Shown here piece after piece: positions 50,371 through 58,701 of a stretch of DNA of 64,000 nt. Where the stretch lies: assembly GCF_988243305.1 (NCBI RefSeq), contig NZ_OZ547136.1. One strand, given 5' to 3'. The notes beneath the pieces are model-generated. The model searched no databases. It saw only the letters and a list, made by a program, of their open reading frames with translations, and was not told where the DNA came from. Made by a program: the position numbers and the translations under genes. Positions within the stretch are counted from its first letter, which is position 1. Each line of letters starts with the position of its first letter.

Positions 50371-51114
50371 TTATTGGCGAATCAACATATACAGGCGGAA
50401 CAGATAGATGAGCAGTATGGCTGAAATCAGGTTGCTCAAGGTGTTCGCCAGTACGGCACCAATTTCCGGGGTTAATGCGGCAAAAGAAGAGGCAAAAAGC
50501 AGCAACAGTGTTTTTGCCAGCAACCAGCTCAGTACTGCGGGTGCCACCAGACGCATATTCGCCCAAGTCAGCCGCATACTGCTACGCATCGAGGCAAAAA
50601 CGCCCATTTTGTCCTGTACCAACATCACCGGTGCCAGGGCCAGTAAAATGGCCATGATAATTCCCGGAACGACCACCAGCATGATGCCAATCTGTACTAA
50701 AAGGGTAGTCAGAAAAATCAGAATAAATAACTTTGGCAATATCGGCGCACTGGCACCAATAGCTCGCAGCGCACTGACTCTCTGACCCGCAGACACCAGC
50801 TGGATAATTAATATTACGCCTCCGGCGAGAATGGCGTTACCGATTAATCCTGAAAAAGTGGACGCCGCTGAAGCCTGCAGCAAAATTTGTTGCTGTTCCG
50901 GTGACATATTCTGAACCAGGTCGAACAACCCACTACTGCCGCTAACGGGCACGCCGTCATTGAGCTGCGCAAGCTGTGCATCACTGGGTGAGAAAACATG
51001 CCCTAACACCACTGTGATAAACGCACATAGCAACGATACCAACAGAATGGTCATAAATTGATTACGGAAGAAATTTCCGGTGTCACGGTATACGGACTGC
51101 GCCGTGATAGACAT
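50371..51114 (-). CDS. yciC: inner membrane protein YciC
   Basis: 247-aa multi-TM ORF in conserved position. Confidence 0.9.
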
Positions 51115-51470
51115 GCACTCTCCTTGAGTTTTATGCAGGTGTTAATTAGCGGGCAATTGTACCCTGGTTAAGCCTCGGGTGGCAGCATCAGGTCTTGTAT
51201 GGAAAAGCATATCTTTGTAAAGCGGAGGTAATTGCTGGCCTTCAGGCGTGGGCAAACCGCTGCAAGTGGCGAGCGAGTTAATATTTGCGTAGCGAAAATA
51301 TTTAAAAATTGATTTAAATCACATTAACCAGGATTTTCAATGCAACTTCTAAATTAATCCAGATCAATAAAGGGTGAATTATCATATGTAATGTGATCTA
51401 TGTAGGATCATTTGTTACTCCAATGTAGGTATATTCGTCACGTTTTTATAACCATAACGACGGAGCGGAT

Positions 51471-52109
51471 ATGAAAAAGTTAACAGTGGCGGCTTTGGCA
51501 GTAACAACTCTTCTCTCTGGCAGTGCCTTTGCGCATGAAGCAGGCGAATTTTTTATGCGTGCAGGTTCTGCAACCGTACGTCCAACAGAAGGTGCTGGTG
51601 GTACGTTAGGAAGTCTGGGTGGATTCAGCGTGACCAATAACACGCAACTGGGCCTGACGTTTACTTATATGGCAACCGATAACATTGGTGTGGAATTGCT
51701 GGCAGCGACGCCGTTCCGCCATAAAATCGGCACCCGAGCGACCGGCGATATTGCAACCGTTCATCATCTGCCGCCAACACTGATGGCGCAGTGGTATTTT
51801 GGTGATGCCAGCAGCAAATTCCGTCCTTACGTTGGGGCAGGTATTAACTACACCACCTTCTTTGATAATGGATTTAACGATCATGGCAAAGAGGCGGGGC
51901 TTTCCGATCTCAGTCTGAAAGACTCCTGGGGAGCTGCCGGGCAGGTGGGGGTTGATTATCTGATTAACCGTGACTGGTTGGTTAACATGTCAGTGTGGTA
52001 CATGGATATCGATACCACGGCTAAGTACAAATCTGGTGTTACTACCGTAAAAGACTCGGTACGACTGGATCCGTGGGTGTTTATGTTCTCCGCAGGATAT
52101 CGTTTTTAA
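51471..52109 (+). CDS. ompW: outer membrane protein W
   Basis: 212-aa ORF with signal peptide MKKLTVAALAVTTLLSGSAFA and C-terminal aromatic residue (YRF) typical of beta-barrel OMPs. Confidence 0.96.
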   Translation: MKKLTVAALAVTTLLSGSAFAHEAGEFFMRAGSATVRPTEGAGGTLGSLGGFSVTNNTQLGLTFTYMATDNIGVELLAATPFRHKIGTRATGDIATVHHLPPTLMAQWYFGDASSKFRPYVGAGINYTTFFDNGFNDHGKEAGLSDLSLKDSWGAAGQVGVDYLINRDWLVNMSVWYMDIDTTAKYKSGVTTVKDSVRLDPWVFMFSAGYRF

Positions 52110-52154
52110 TTTTCTCTGCAAAACCTCTGCAAAACCCCTCTGCAAAACTGGTCA

Positions 52155-53285
52155 TCAAATGACCAGTTTTTTCCATTCCTTACCGCGTGCGTCGTTGTAA
52201 ATATCGGTCATTTTTTGATTCGAATGGCCTAGCAAAATTTTGGTATCAACCCCCTGCTCTCTGAACAATCGCTCTGATAAAGATCTCTGCTCATGGAAAG
52301 AGGGAGGGGTGCCATTAGCACGCCAGTTGTAATCCACAGAATCCCGGGCTTTTTTAAATGCAACGGTTAATGTTGCTGGCTTAACCATCCCGCCGCGCTT
52401 AGCTGTCCCTTTCGCGTGATGGTGGTGCAATAGCCACGGACTAAGAACGCAATCGCGGCAGGATGACACCACATCATCCAGGGTGAGATTTAATTTATCG
52501 CAACGCAGAGCCAGAGGGATGGCAATCCGGGTTCCTGTTTTTTGCTGTTCGACATGAAGATAACCATCCCGGATATCCGAAAATTGCATTTTGCAAATAT
52601 CTGAAAGGCGCTGGCCTGTCATCAGTGCCAGCAGCATACCGCGCTGTAAAAAGTAACCATCCTTTTCCGCTGCGTTATAAATCATCATCCACTCATCAAA
52701 AGTCAGTCGCTGTCTTGATATCCGCACCTGCGGTTTTTTTGCCGATTCTGCAGGGTTAAAGCCTGGCGGGACATCGCCCGTTTGCTGAGCTTCCCGGAAA
52801 ACATCGATCAGTACTTTCCTGAAAATTTGTCCCATTCTGTTATGTCCTCTGGCCTTGTACTCTTCCAGTACTGATACCACATCTTTTACGGTTATGGCAT
52901 CTAACGGTCTGGTGCCAAAACGTTCATCAAATACCCTGAGAGGGGCCGCTTTCTGTTTCAGCGTGTTGAGTTTGATCTCGCCGTTTTCATATCTTTCCTG
53001 TTGAATTTTTCTGTAATTATTCAGAAAAATGGTAACGGTTGATGAACCGCCGGTATCACTAATAATTTTCTCCTGCAGACTGAGCATTTGTTCCATTTGC
53101 TGCCGGGCAAGACGGCTGTTCGCTTCTGCTGCAATAGTTTCTGCCAGTTTCTGGTCAATACTGCCGAGACCGTGATTTTTGCCTGTTATGGGATGCCTGT
53201 AACGCCAGTAAACTTTGTTATTTCTTTTGTCAAAATACGGAGATAATCCCGGAACATCGGTTTTATATTTTCGCGGGCGCGCCAT
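52155..53285 (-). CDS. int: phage tyrosine integrase (lambda Int family)
   Basis: 376-aa ORF; C-terminal catalytic region with LGHSNQKMTDIYNDARG (Tyr nucleophile context); 3' end overlaps the hairpin adjacent to ompW. Confidence 0.9.
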   Translation of the reverse strand: MARPRKYKTDVPGLSPYFDKRNNKVYWRYRHPITGKNHGLGSIDQKLAETIAAEANSRLARQQMEQMLSLQEKIISDTGGSSTVTIFLNNYRKIQQERYENGEIKLNTLKQKAAPLRVFDERFGTRPLDAITVKDVVSVLEEYKARGHNRMGQIFRKVLIDVFREAQQTGDVPPGFNPAESAKKPQVRISRQRLTFDEWMMIYNAAEKDGYFLQRGMLLALMTGQRLSDICKMQFSDIRDGYLHVEQQKTGTRIAIPLALRCDKLNLTLDDVVSSCRDCVLSPWLLHHHHAKGTAKRGGMVKPATLTVAFKKARDSVDYNWRANGTPPSFHEQRSLSERLFREQGVDTKILLGHSNQKMTDIYNDARGKEWKKLVI

Positions 53286-53511
53286 CTTCCAGTATCCTCT
53301 TCAAAGCAGGGTGATCTGTGGCGATCACCTCCGGCTTGTTTACCATTCCGACAAAGCGAGCTTGCGGATCCACTCGCCAGCGTCTTCCAACTTTTTTGGG
53401 GAGAGGAAATATCATTCCGGCTTTAGCGTATTTACTTAACGTACTCGGAGTAGGGACCGGTTCACTGAATTCCTCTTTTGCCCACTCAGTGAGCAGAATA
53501 AGTCTTGCCAT
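53263..53511 (-). CDS. xis: excisionase-like DNA-binding protein
   Basis: 82-aa ORF MARLILLTEWAKEEF... with a winged-helix pattern similar to lambda Xis (MYLTLQEWNARQ...); overlaps int start by 23 nt. Confidence 0.7.
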   Translation of the reverse strand: MARLILLTEWAKEEFSEPVPTPSTLSKYAKAGMIFPLPKKVGRRWRVDPQARFVGMVNKPEVIATDHPALKRILEDGAPAKI

Positions 53512-53575
53512 GAGCGTCGTTCGCTAATCATGGTCGCCGCCACTATAGCTGGTGGGCAACGACCGGGGTTGAACA

Positions 53576-56050
53576 TTAAAAATCAGCCTGATTCGGGATC
53601 AGTTTTTGCCAGATAGTTGAAACGTATTTTGCCTGGTAACGGGCATCATCCAGCGCATTGTGGCGCTCACCTTCGAATGGAATAGCCGCCCTGGCATCGA
53701 AGTCCATGGCTTTTCCCAGCTCAACGATTGTGCGTACATCGCGATCGTTGTAGTAACGCCACGGGCAGGGGATCCCCTGCCGTTCGTATGAACGGCGCAA
53801 AATCGTGTTGTCGAAGTTGGCTCCATTTCCCCAGACCTGAACAAAAAATTCGCCGGAGTTTTCGTCGATAAATTCCCGCAATTGCAGCAGTGCATCATCT
53901 AACGGGATTTCATCGGTCAGAATGGCAGATTGCGCCTCCCGTGATTGCTTAAGCCACCATTTAATGGTGCCACGATCAATGACTCCGCCAGCAGTATCCA
54001 TATCGATGGTCTTACTAAATTCCGGCCCCATATCTCCGGTTTGCGGATCGAAAAATATTGCACCTATTGAGATAAGCGGGGCATCGGGATTTTTTCCCAT
54101 GGTTTCAAGGTCGATCATCATGTGGTGCCACATTCTGCTGGTGGATGTGATTTCTTGATGACCGTTCACCTTAATTGAGTGATCTGCCGTCTCGCCAGTT
54201 TCATTATCGCTATCGTGATGCTGATTGCCGCCAGTGTTCTCCTTGTGTGGATGTTCAGCGCCTTCCATTTCCTCTGGATCATCTTCCTGAACTTCAGGCT
54301 GATACTCTTCATCGAATGTTTCCTGGTATGTTGCGTCGCCCATTACCGCGCCACAATCAGGGCAGTTGCCGCCGCCGGTCTGACCGCAGGCGGTGCAGAC
54401 TTTTTCCACTTCCTGTTGCGCCACTGATTCAGGCTGTTTCGTTTCTGGCTCGTTTTGTAACGCATTTGGGCTGTTTTGTTCCGCTTTCTGGTCGTTCTGT
54501 TCCGTTTCTTGCTGGTTCTGGTTCACAGAATCGCGGGTCTGGTTCCCCTTAACCCATTTCGGATCATTCGGGTCGCTAATCCCTTCAACAAATTCACCAC
54601 GTGATACTGCAAGCAGTTCATCGGCGTCAGGCTGGCTGATATTGGCTGCCTGCATAATTTTGTTTACTTCGTCAGCGGTAACTTTTACTGGCTCTGGTTG
54701 TGCGGTCGTGTCAGATGCACCAGTATTTTGTTGTGAACCTGAGTATGTACCGTTTTTACGTGCGAAGTATTCCTCTTTTGTGATTTCCGTAGCTCCCAGG
54801 GCCAGTGCTTTTTCCAGACCAGAAAGTTTGTTTGCGCGACCGTATTTTTCGCCGTCCTTATCGGTGAAAAGGAAGTAGAACGGTCCCTCACGCTCTACAG
54901 ATGGTTCGTCTTCCACTTCGCATTCGGTTTTTTCGTTGTCCGGCATTGCCGTTTCCACTGCATCAGTTTCTGGTACTGGTGACGGGAGAGTACCAGCTGT
55001 GCCCTGATTTGTTCCTTCGTCATCTTCAAACACGCCCTTGGTAGTCAGGTATTCAGTGATGTATTTGTTCAGTGCTACGGGATCTTTGTGAATGTCGATC
55101 GGACGCTCACGGACAAGGCCAAAAATAGTCTGACGGTCGTAGCGAACGGCATCGGGTTGTTTGCGCATTGATGCGGAAATGCGCTTCCAGTCTTCGCGAT
55201 CTTTGTCGATAACTTCATTTTTTGCCCAGCGATGGATGCTGCCGTCAATGTTTCCGGTATCAATATCGCCAGGCCAGAGAGCGTAGGCCAGTTCTTCATC
55301 CAGCGTTTTCCATGTCTGCTTGTATTCGCGACAAATGGCGGCAGTGACTGGGTTGATTTTTCCTGCTGAGTTTTCAGTGTTCTGTTGATTGACTCTGGCG
55401 CGGGCGAGATCAACAACAGACGTGTATTTTCCGGTTTCCTTGCGTTCACCTTCGCGACGTTTTTTCCAGATGCGCATCTCTGCCTGAATTTCGGGCCATT
55501 TGGCACCAGGCTTACATTTATGCTTAACCCACCCGATGGCATGCAGCTTAAGCTCCGGATACATGGCGTTAACTTCTGGCATTTTCATCAACGCTTCAAC
55601 GATATGTCCGTCGAATGTTGCCATGTCTTCCTGCAACAATTCCTGTGCGCTAATAACCATATCAACGGTGATGTTTTCACATGTGTCGAACTTAACCATG
55701 ACAGCGTTCTGTACTTCAGGGGCCAGCTTGTCAAAAGTGACGTTCATCGGATCGGATTCAGTCTCAACCGGGACAAAGGAAGCAGACTCCTCATCCCAGC
55801 GGTTTTCCTGCATATATTCAGCATCCCAGGAATCGAGGGCAGGGCGGGGTATACCGGGTTTATCCTCGCAGACAAGAAATTTATAAGCGCAGTCCTGAGC
55901 AGCCGGATAATGCTCCAGGAATTGCCAGTGAAATTTTGCGCGGGCGCGACGTTCATCACCGGCTTCAATGGCAGTGGCTACAGCGACGGCACCTTCTTCC
56001 TTTATTGCCTGTTCGTCCGGAATGGCGGCGCAAATAAAGACTTTACTCAT
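53576..56050 (-). CDS. large prophage exonuclease: RecE/exonuclease VIII-like positional homolog with C-terminal DnaQ-like (DEDDh) 3'-5' exonuclease motifs and an internal CxxC-x8-CxxC zinc ribbon
   Basis: 824-aa ORF; C-terminal motifs MIDLETMG (Exo I), WGNGANFD (Exo II), HNALDDARYQA (Exo III); Cys pair CTACGQTGGGNCPDCG; acidic low-complexity linker; positioned between dicB and xis like lambdoid exo genes. Confidence 0.7.
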   Translation of the reverse strand: MSKVFICAAIPDEQAIKEEGAVAVATAIEAGDERRARAKFHWQFLEHYPAAQDCAYKFLVCEDKPGIPRPALDSWDAEYMQENRWDEESASFVPVETESDPMNVTFDKLAPEVQNAVMVKFDTCENITVDMVISAQELLQEDMATFDGHIVEALMKMPEVNAMYPELKLHAIGWVKHKCKPGAKWPEIQAEMRIWKKRREGERKETGKYTSVVDLARARVNQQNTENSAGKINPVTAAICREYKQTWKTLDEELAYALWPGDIDTGNIDGSIHRWAKNEVIDKDREDWKRISASMRKQPDAVRYDRQTIFGLVRERPIDIHKDPVALNKYITEYLTTKGVFEDDEGTNQGTAGTLPSPVPETDAVETAMPDNEKTECEVEDEPSVEREGPFYFLFTDKDGEKYGRANKLSGLEKALALGATEITKEEYFARKNGTYSGSQQNTGASDTTAQPEPVKVTADEVNKIMQAANISQPDADELLAVSRGEFVEGISDPNDPKWVKGNQTRDSVNQNQQETEQNDQKAEQNSPNALQNEPETKQPESVAQQEVEKVCTACGQTGGGNCPDCGAVMGDATYQETFDEEYQPEVQEDDPEEMEGAEHPHKENTGGNQHHDSDNETGETADHSIKVNGHQEITSTSRMWHHMMIDLETMGKNPDAPLISIGAIFFDPQTGDMGPEFSKTIDMDTAGGVIDRGTIKWWLKQSREAQSAILTDEIPLDDALLQLREFIDENSGEFFVQVWGNGANFDNTILRRSYERQGIPCPWRYYNDRDVRTIVELGKAMDFDARAAIPFEGERHNALDDARYQAKYVSTIWQKLIPNQADF

Positions 56051-56222
56051 TTTGTTTTACCTCATTACAGATTTAAGGGTGAACAAATCCCTGCCATTGC
56101 TGGCATATAAGAATGAAACCGGATATTTATTACGGAACTGTTTTAAAGACCTGCCGGGATTTCGATATCAACTGGCTCTCCGGAAACAAGAAAAACTGTC
56201 AGAACAAGTGCAAATGCTGTAT

Positions 56223-56411
56223 TCATTGCCAGCATCCTTTTTGTATCGGACGTAAACGGGCCAGCATTGAAAGAATGCATATTTTATTTAATAGCTCCCG
56301 TTCGTGTTTTCTCTTGTTAATGGCATCTTCAGTAAATACAGGGTTACTGATAGTGACACCAATTTCAAAACAACCTTCAGACGTATTAACGTTTGGTAAT
56401 AACGTTTCCAT
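56223..56411 (-). CDS. dicB: cell division inhibitor DicB
   Basis: 62-aa ORF METLLPNVNTSEGCFEIGVTISNPVFTEDAINKRK... from ATG 56411 (GAGG SD upstream) inside track ORF 56223-56516; lies about 170 nt downstream of DicF as in the dicB operon. Confidence 0.75.
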   Translation of the reverse strand: METLLPNVNTSEGCFEIGVTISNPVFTEDAINKRKHERELLNKICILSMLARLRPIQKGCWQ

Positions 56412-56585
56412 TATCGCGTCCTCAACAATGAATTTTGTGATGCGGTGCCTGGTGCCTCCAGGTGACGTTAACCAGTTAACAATTAACGCCGGATACAGAG
56501 AATCCACCCATAACACTGTTTTTGGTTTTAACTGTTCCGCGTGCGCTCAGCCGCATTCACCACATCACAAAATTCACTTTAAAAA

Positions 56586-56638
56586 GGGCGGCAGAGCAGT
56601 CACGGAGTAAAACTGATACCGCCAAACGTCACCAGAAA
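56586..56638 (-). ncRNA. dicF: DicF small regulatory RNA (ftsZ-targeting)
   Basis: Reverse complement reads TTTCTGGTGACGTTTGGCGGTATCAGTTTTACTCCGTGACTGCTCTGCCGCCC followed by a T-run; matches the 53-nt DicF sequence as recalled, with its 3' terminator hairpin. Confidence 0.75.
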
Positions 56639-56977
56639 ATTGATAACAGAGGGCGTTGCAGCGGGGTTGTCACTTAAGCGTATGGTCAACCTGACAACCC
56701 GGTGTCCTCAACGGGGGAAGGAATAACCCCGCCATACTTACCGCCGCGCCATTTCGCGGATTGCCACAACCGGAAGCGCACGGTCGACGAAAATTTAACG
56801 ACAGGCTATCTATGAACCAGCTACCTCGCCGTGCGCTTTCGCGTTATGGTCTGACTTTTCAGGGAAATATCCTTTCAGTAAACTGTCAGTGCCGGATTCT
56901 TATCCGTGTCCGGCGCACGACCACACGCTGTCACGAGAGGTCTCCATTCTCAACCAGTAACCTCAATGGAGGATAAA

Positions 56978-57172
56978 ATGTCAGAGCAGGAGTTAAAACT
57001 TGGTGCATGTTATTGTGTTCTCAAGGAGCTGGTACACATGCTTCCATCTACTCAGTATCAACAGTTAGTTGGCAATTTAAATCAGCGAATCGAAGCTATG
57101 TTAAAATCTGATGGTTTTAATAACGTAGAAACGCTGATGCTAAAAAGATATCTTGATGGATTAATCAGATAA
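56978..57172 (+). CDS. hypothetical small protein (64 aa) encoded convergently within the early-left region
   Basis: ATG at 56978 preceded by a strong SD (TGGAGGATAAAATG); MSEQELKLGACYCVLKELVHMLPSTQYQQLVGNLNQRIEAMLK...; inside track ORF 56906-57172; no competing minus-strand ORF over 25 aa in this interval. Confidence 0.5.
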   Translation: MSEQELKLGACYCVLKELVHMLPSTQYQQLVGNLNQRIEAMLKSDGFNNVETLMLKRYLDGLIR

Positions 57173-57499
57173 CATTTTTTTACGGCGTTCATATTCGTTA
57201 ATATTTATGAAGCCTGTTGCCAGAAGCAGTTCGTTAATTTCATGGTTGTTTGGCTGTTTCTGGCTCTTTGAGCTGGGATCTTCCACTTCTTTTTCTGCAA
57301 ATTGTTTTGCTGTATCCTCTGTGCCATGGATATTTAAAGCTGTATCTGAAAACAGCCCAGTAAACGCATCGCGCACATTACGAGCCATATTATCAGTGTC
57401 TTTTTTTGTTACCGATTCCAATTCAAGTTCGTTCAGACGATGACGAAGTGTGTGTGCTGCAATCTCCTGGATTGAAGGAGGTAAATCTTTAAATTCCAT
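57161..57499 (-). CDS. hypothetical early-left protein (112 aa)
   Basis: Track ORF 57161-57511; start placed at second ATG 57499 (MEFKDLPPSIQEIAAHTL...) which has a GAGG SD; 3' end overlaps the convergent plus-strand ORF by 12 nt. Confidence 0.55.
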   Translation of the reverse strand: MEFKDLPPSIQEIAAHTLRHRLNELELESVTKKDTDNMARNVRDAFTGLFSDTALNIHGTEDTAKQFAEKEVEDPSSKSQKQPNNHEINELLLATGFININEYERRKKMLSD

Positions 57500-57510
57500 C
57501 GTCAACCTCA

Positions 57511-57744
57511 TCAGTCAGTGTTTCTTGCTAACCAGCGATGCGCGCCAGCTGCGGTTTTAAACGTTTTACTTTTGGTATACGTCATCGCGGTGAAGGTGCC
57601 GTCCTGGTTAGGGAACACACCGCATACCAGAGATTCGTTGTTGCCAAGATCGATAGTATCCATGCTGACCTCATTTCCCCTTAACGCCGGGGTAGCGGAA
57701 CAAAAACCTGCTGCATAGTTATTAAAGTTGAACCCTGCCGTCAT
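57511..57744 (-). CDS. hypothetical early-left small protein (possibly YdfB-like); start ambiguous (57744 or internal ATG 57663)
   Basis: Track ORF of 77 aa; both ATG 57744 and ATG 57663 (MDTIDLGNNESLVCGVFPNQDGTF...) have GAGG SD sequences upstream; first gene downstream of the OL-type operator. Confidence 0.55.
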   Translation of the reverse strand: MTAGFNFNNYAAGFCSATPALRGNEVSMDTIDLGNNESLVCGVFPNQDGTFTAMTYTKSKTFKTAAGAHRWLARNTD

Positions 57745-57846
57745 GTTCTTACGCCTCGGGCTGGCTACTTACCCCCTGACCACTGCTTGGTAACTCGAAG
57801 TATTGCCCGGCGTTCTGTGGGGCGGGGTGGGTTGGTATGTTGTTAA

Positions 57847-57860
57847 GGTAACAAGAGTTA
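57847..57860. promoter_or_regulatory. candidate left operator (OL) for the prophage repressor
   Basis: 14-bp palindrome GTAACAAGAGTTAC (GTAAC-N4-GTTAC), same motif as the two sites between the cI-like and cro-like genes. Confidence 0.55.
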
Positions 57861-57903
57861 CCTTTCGAGTCAATACAATGTTGCAAAAGGTACATTCGAG
57901 GGC

Positions 57904-57930
57904 ATAAAAAACCCGCAATGAATGCGGGTT
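57904..57930 (-). terminator. rho-independent terminator after the repressor gene
   Basis: Minus-strand hairpin ACCCGCATTCATTGCGGGT followed by a T-run immediately after the cI-like stop. Confidence 0.7.
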
Positions 57931-57935
57931 CTGAC

Positions 57936-58610
57936 TCAGTCTAAGTATTGATGTATTTGTGAAACTTTACCTTTAATGGTGTAACCACCATTAAGTTCGA
58001 TGGGTTTGTAAAGCGGATTCAGTGACAACAGATAGATGTTTGGTCCGTCAATCGCAACTTTTTTTAGTGTTACGTTTGGCGTTCCTTCCAATTGGATTAA
58101 GATTATTTTTCCCACCAGTTCTCTAATGTTACTTGAGCATGGTGTGATCAGCACGGTAGATCCGTCGGGGATGGTTGGGAGGCCGTTAGAGTTTGTCATC
58201 GCATCTCCCTCAACATGCAATAAAAAAGAGTTTTCAGCGGTTTTTGTCATGACATCAACCCAATTCTTAATACCAGGAATCTCGGTTACTGGACAACTCA
58301 TATCCCAATAACCAGCCTGTTCCCACGTTAAAACGGGCAACCGGGCGATGTTGTCACTAATGTAAGGGTACTGATTCAGACGCAGATCATCGGCTTTATC
58401 GTGACCGTCCTTTCCATAAAGAATCCATTCAGGAGATTTGGAAAGCAATTTTGACAGTAGATACAAATTCTCACCGTCAGGTTTTGAAGAGCCATTTTCC
58501 CATTTTGTTACGGATACACGAGATATGCCGATTGCTTTCGCAACCTGCTGTTGGGTTAATCCAACGTCTTTTCGACGATTCCGAATACGTTCGCTGATAG
58601 TGTTTTTCAT
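57936..58610 (-). CDS. prophage CI-like repressor (XRE HTH N-terminal domain plus S24/LexA-like autopeptidase C-terminal domain)
   Basis: Track ORF 57936-58709; start placed at ATG 58610 (MKNTISERIRNRRKDVGLTQQQVAKAIGISRVSVTKWENG...) by close resemblance to the P22 C2 N-terminus; C-terminal Ser/Lys dyad context (GDAM...KK). Confidence 0.85.
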   Translation of the reverse strand: MKNTISERIRNRRKDVGLTQQQVAKAIGISRVSVTKWENGSSKPDGENLYLLSKLLSKSPEWILYGKDGHDKADDLRLNQYPYISDNIARLPVLTWEQAGYWDMSCPVTEIPGIKNWVDVMTKTAENSFLLHVEGDAMTNSNGLPTIPDGSTVLITPCSSNIRELVGKIILIQLEGTPNVTLKKVAIDGPNIYLLSLNPLYKPIELNGGYTIKGKVSQIHQYLD

Positions 58611-58624
58611 GTAACCAATGTTAC
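58611..58624. promoter_or_regulatory. candidate right operator site (PRM-proximal)
   Basis: Palindrome GTAACCAATGTTAC immediately upstream of the repressor start. Confidence 0.55.
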
Positions 58625-58658
58625 TACCAAGTGATGTTGCTATGGTTGACATTGTTAT

Positions 58659-58672
58659 GTAACTATTGTTAC
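58659..58672. promoter_or_regulatory. candidate right operator site (PR-proximal)
   Basis: Palindrome GTAACTATTGTTAC adjacent to a TTGACA hexamer (58646-58651) upstream of the cro-like gene. Confidence 0.55.
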
Positions 58673-58701
58673 CCTTCTGCTCGAAATAACAGGAGAGTTT
58701 T

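Noticed and set aside
56113-56610. 165-aa plus-strand ORF overlapping dicB and DicF on the opposite strand
   Set aside because: Overlaps two features supported by specific sequence matches on the minus strand; no SD; Cys/His-rich low-complexity translation.
56761-56976. 71-aa plus-strand ORF upstream of the 64-aa small gene
   Set aside because: No recognisable RBS, Arg-rich composition, and it ends where the well-supported ATG at 56978 with a strong SD begins; more likely untranslated leader.
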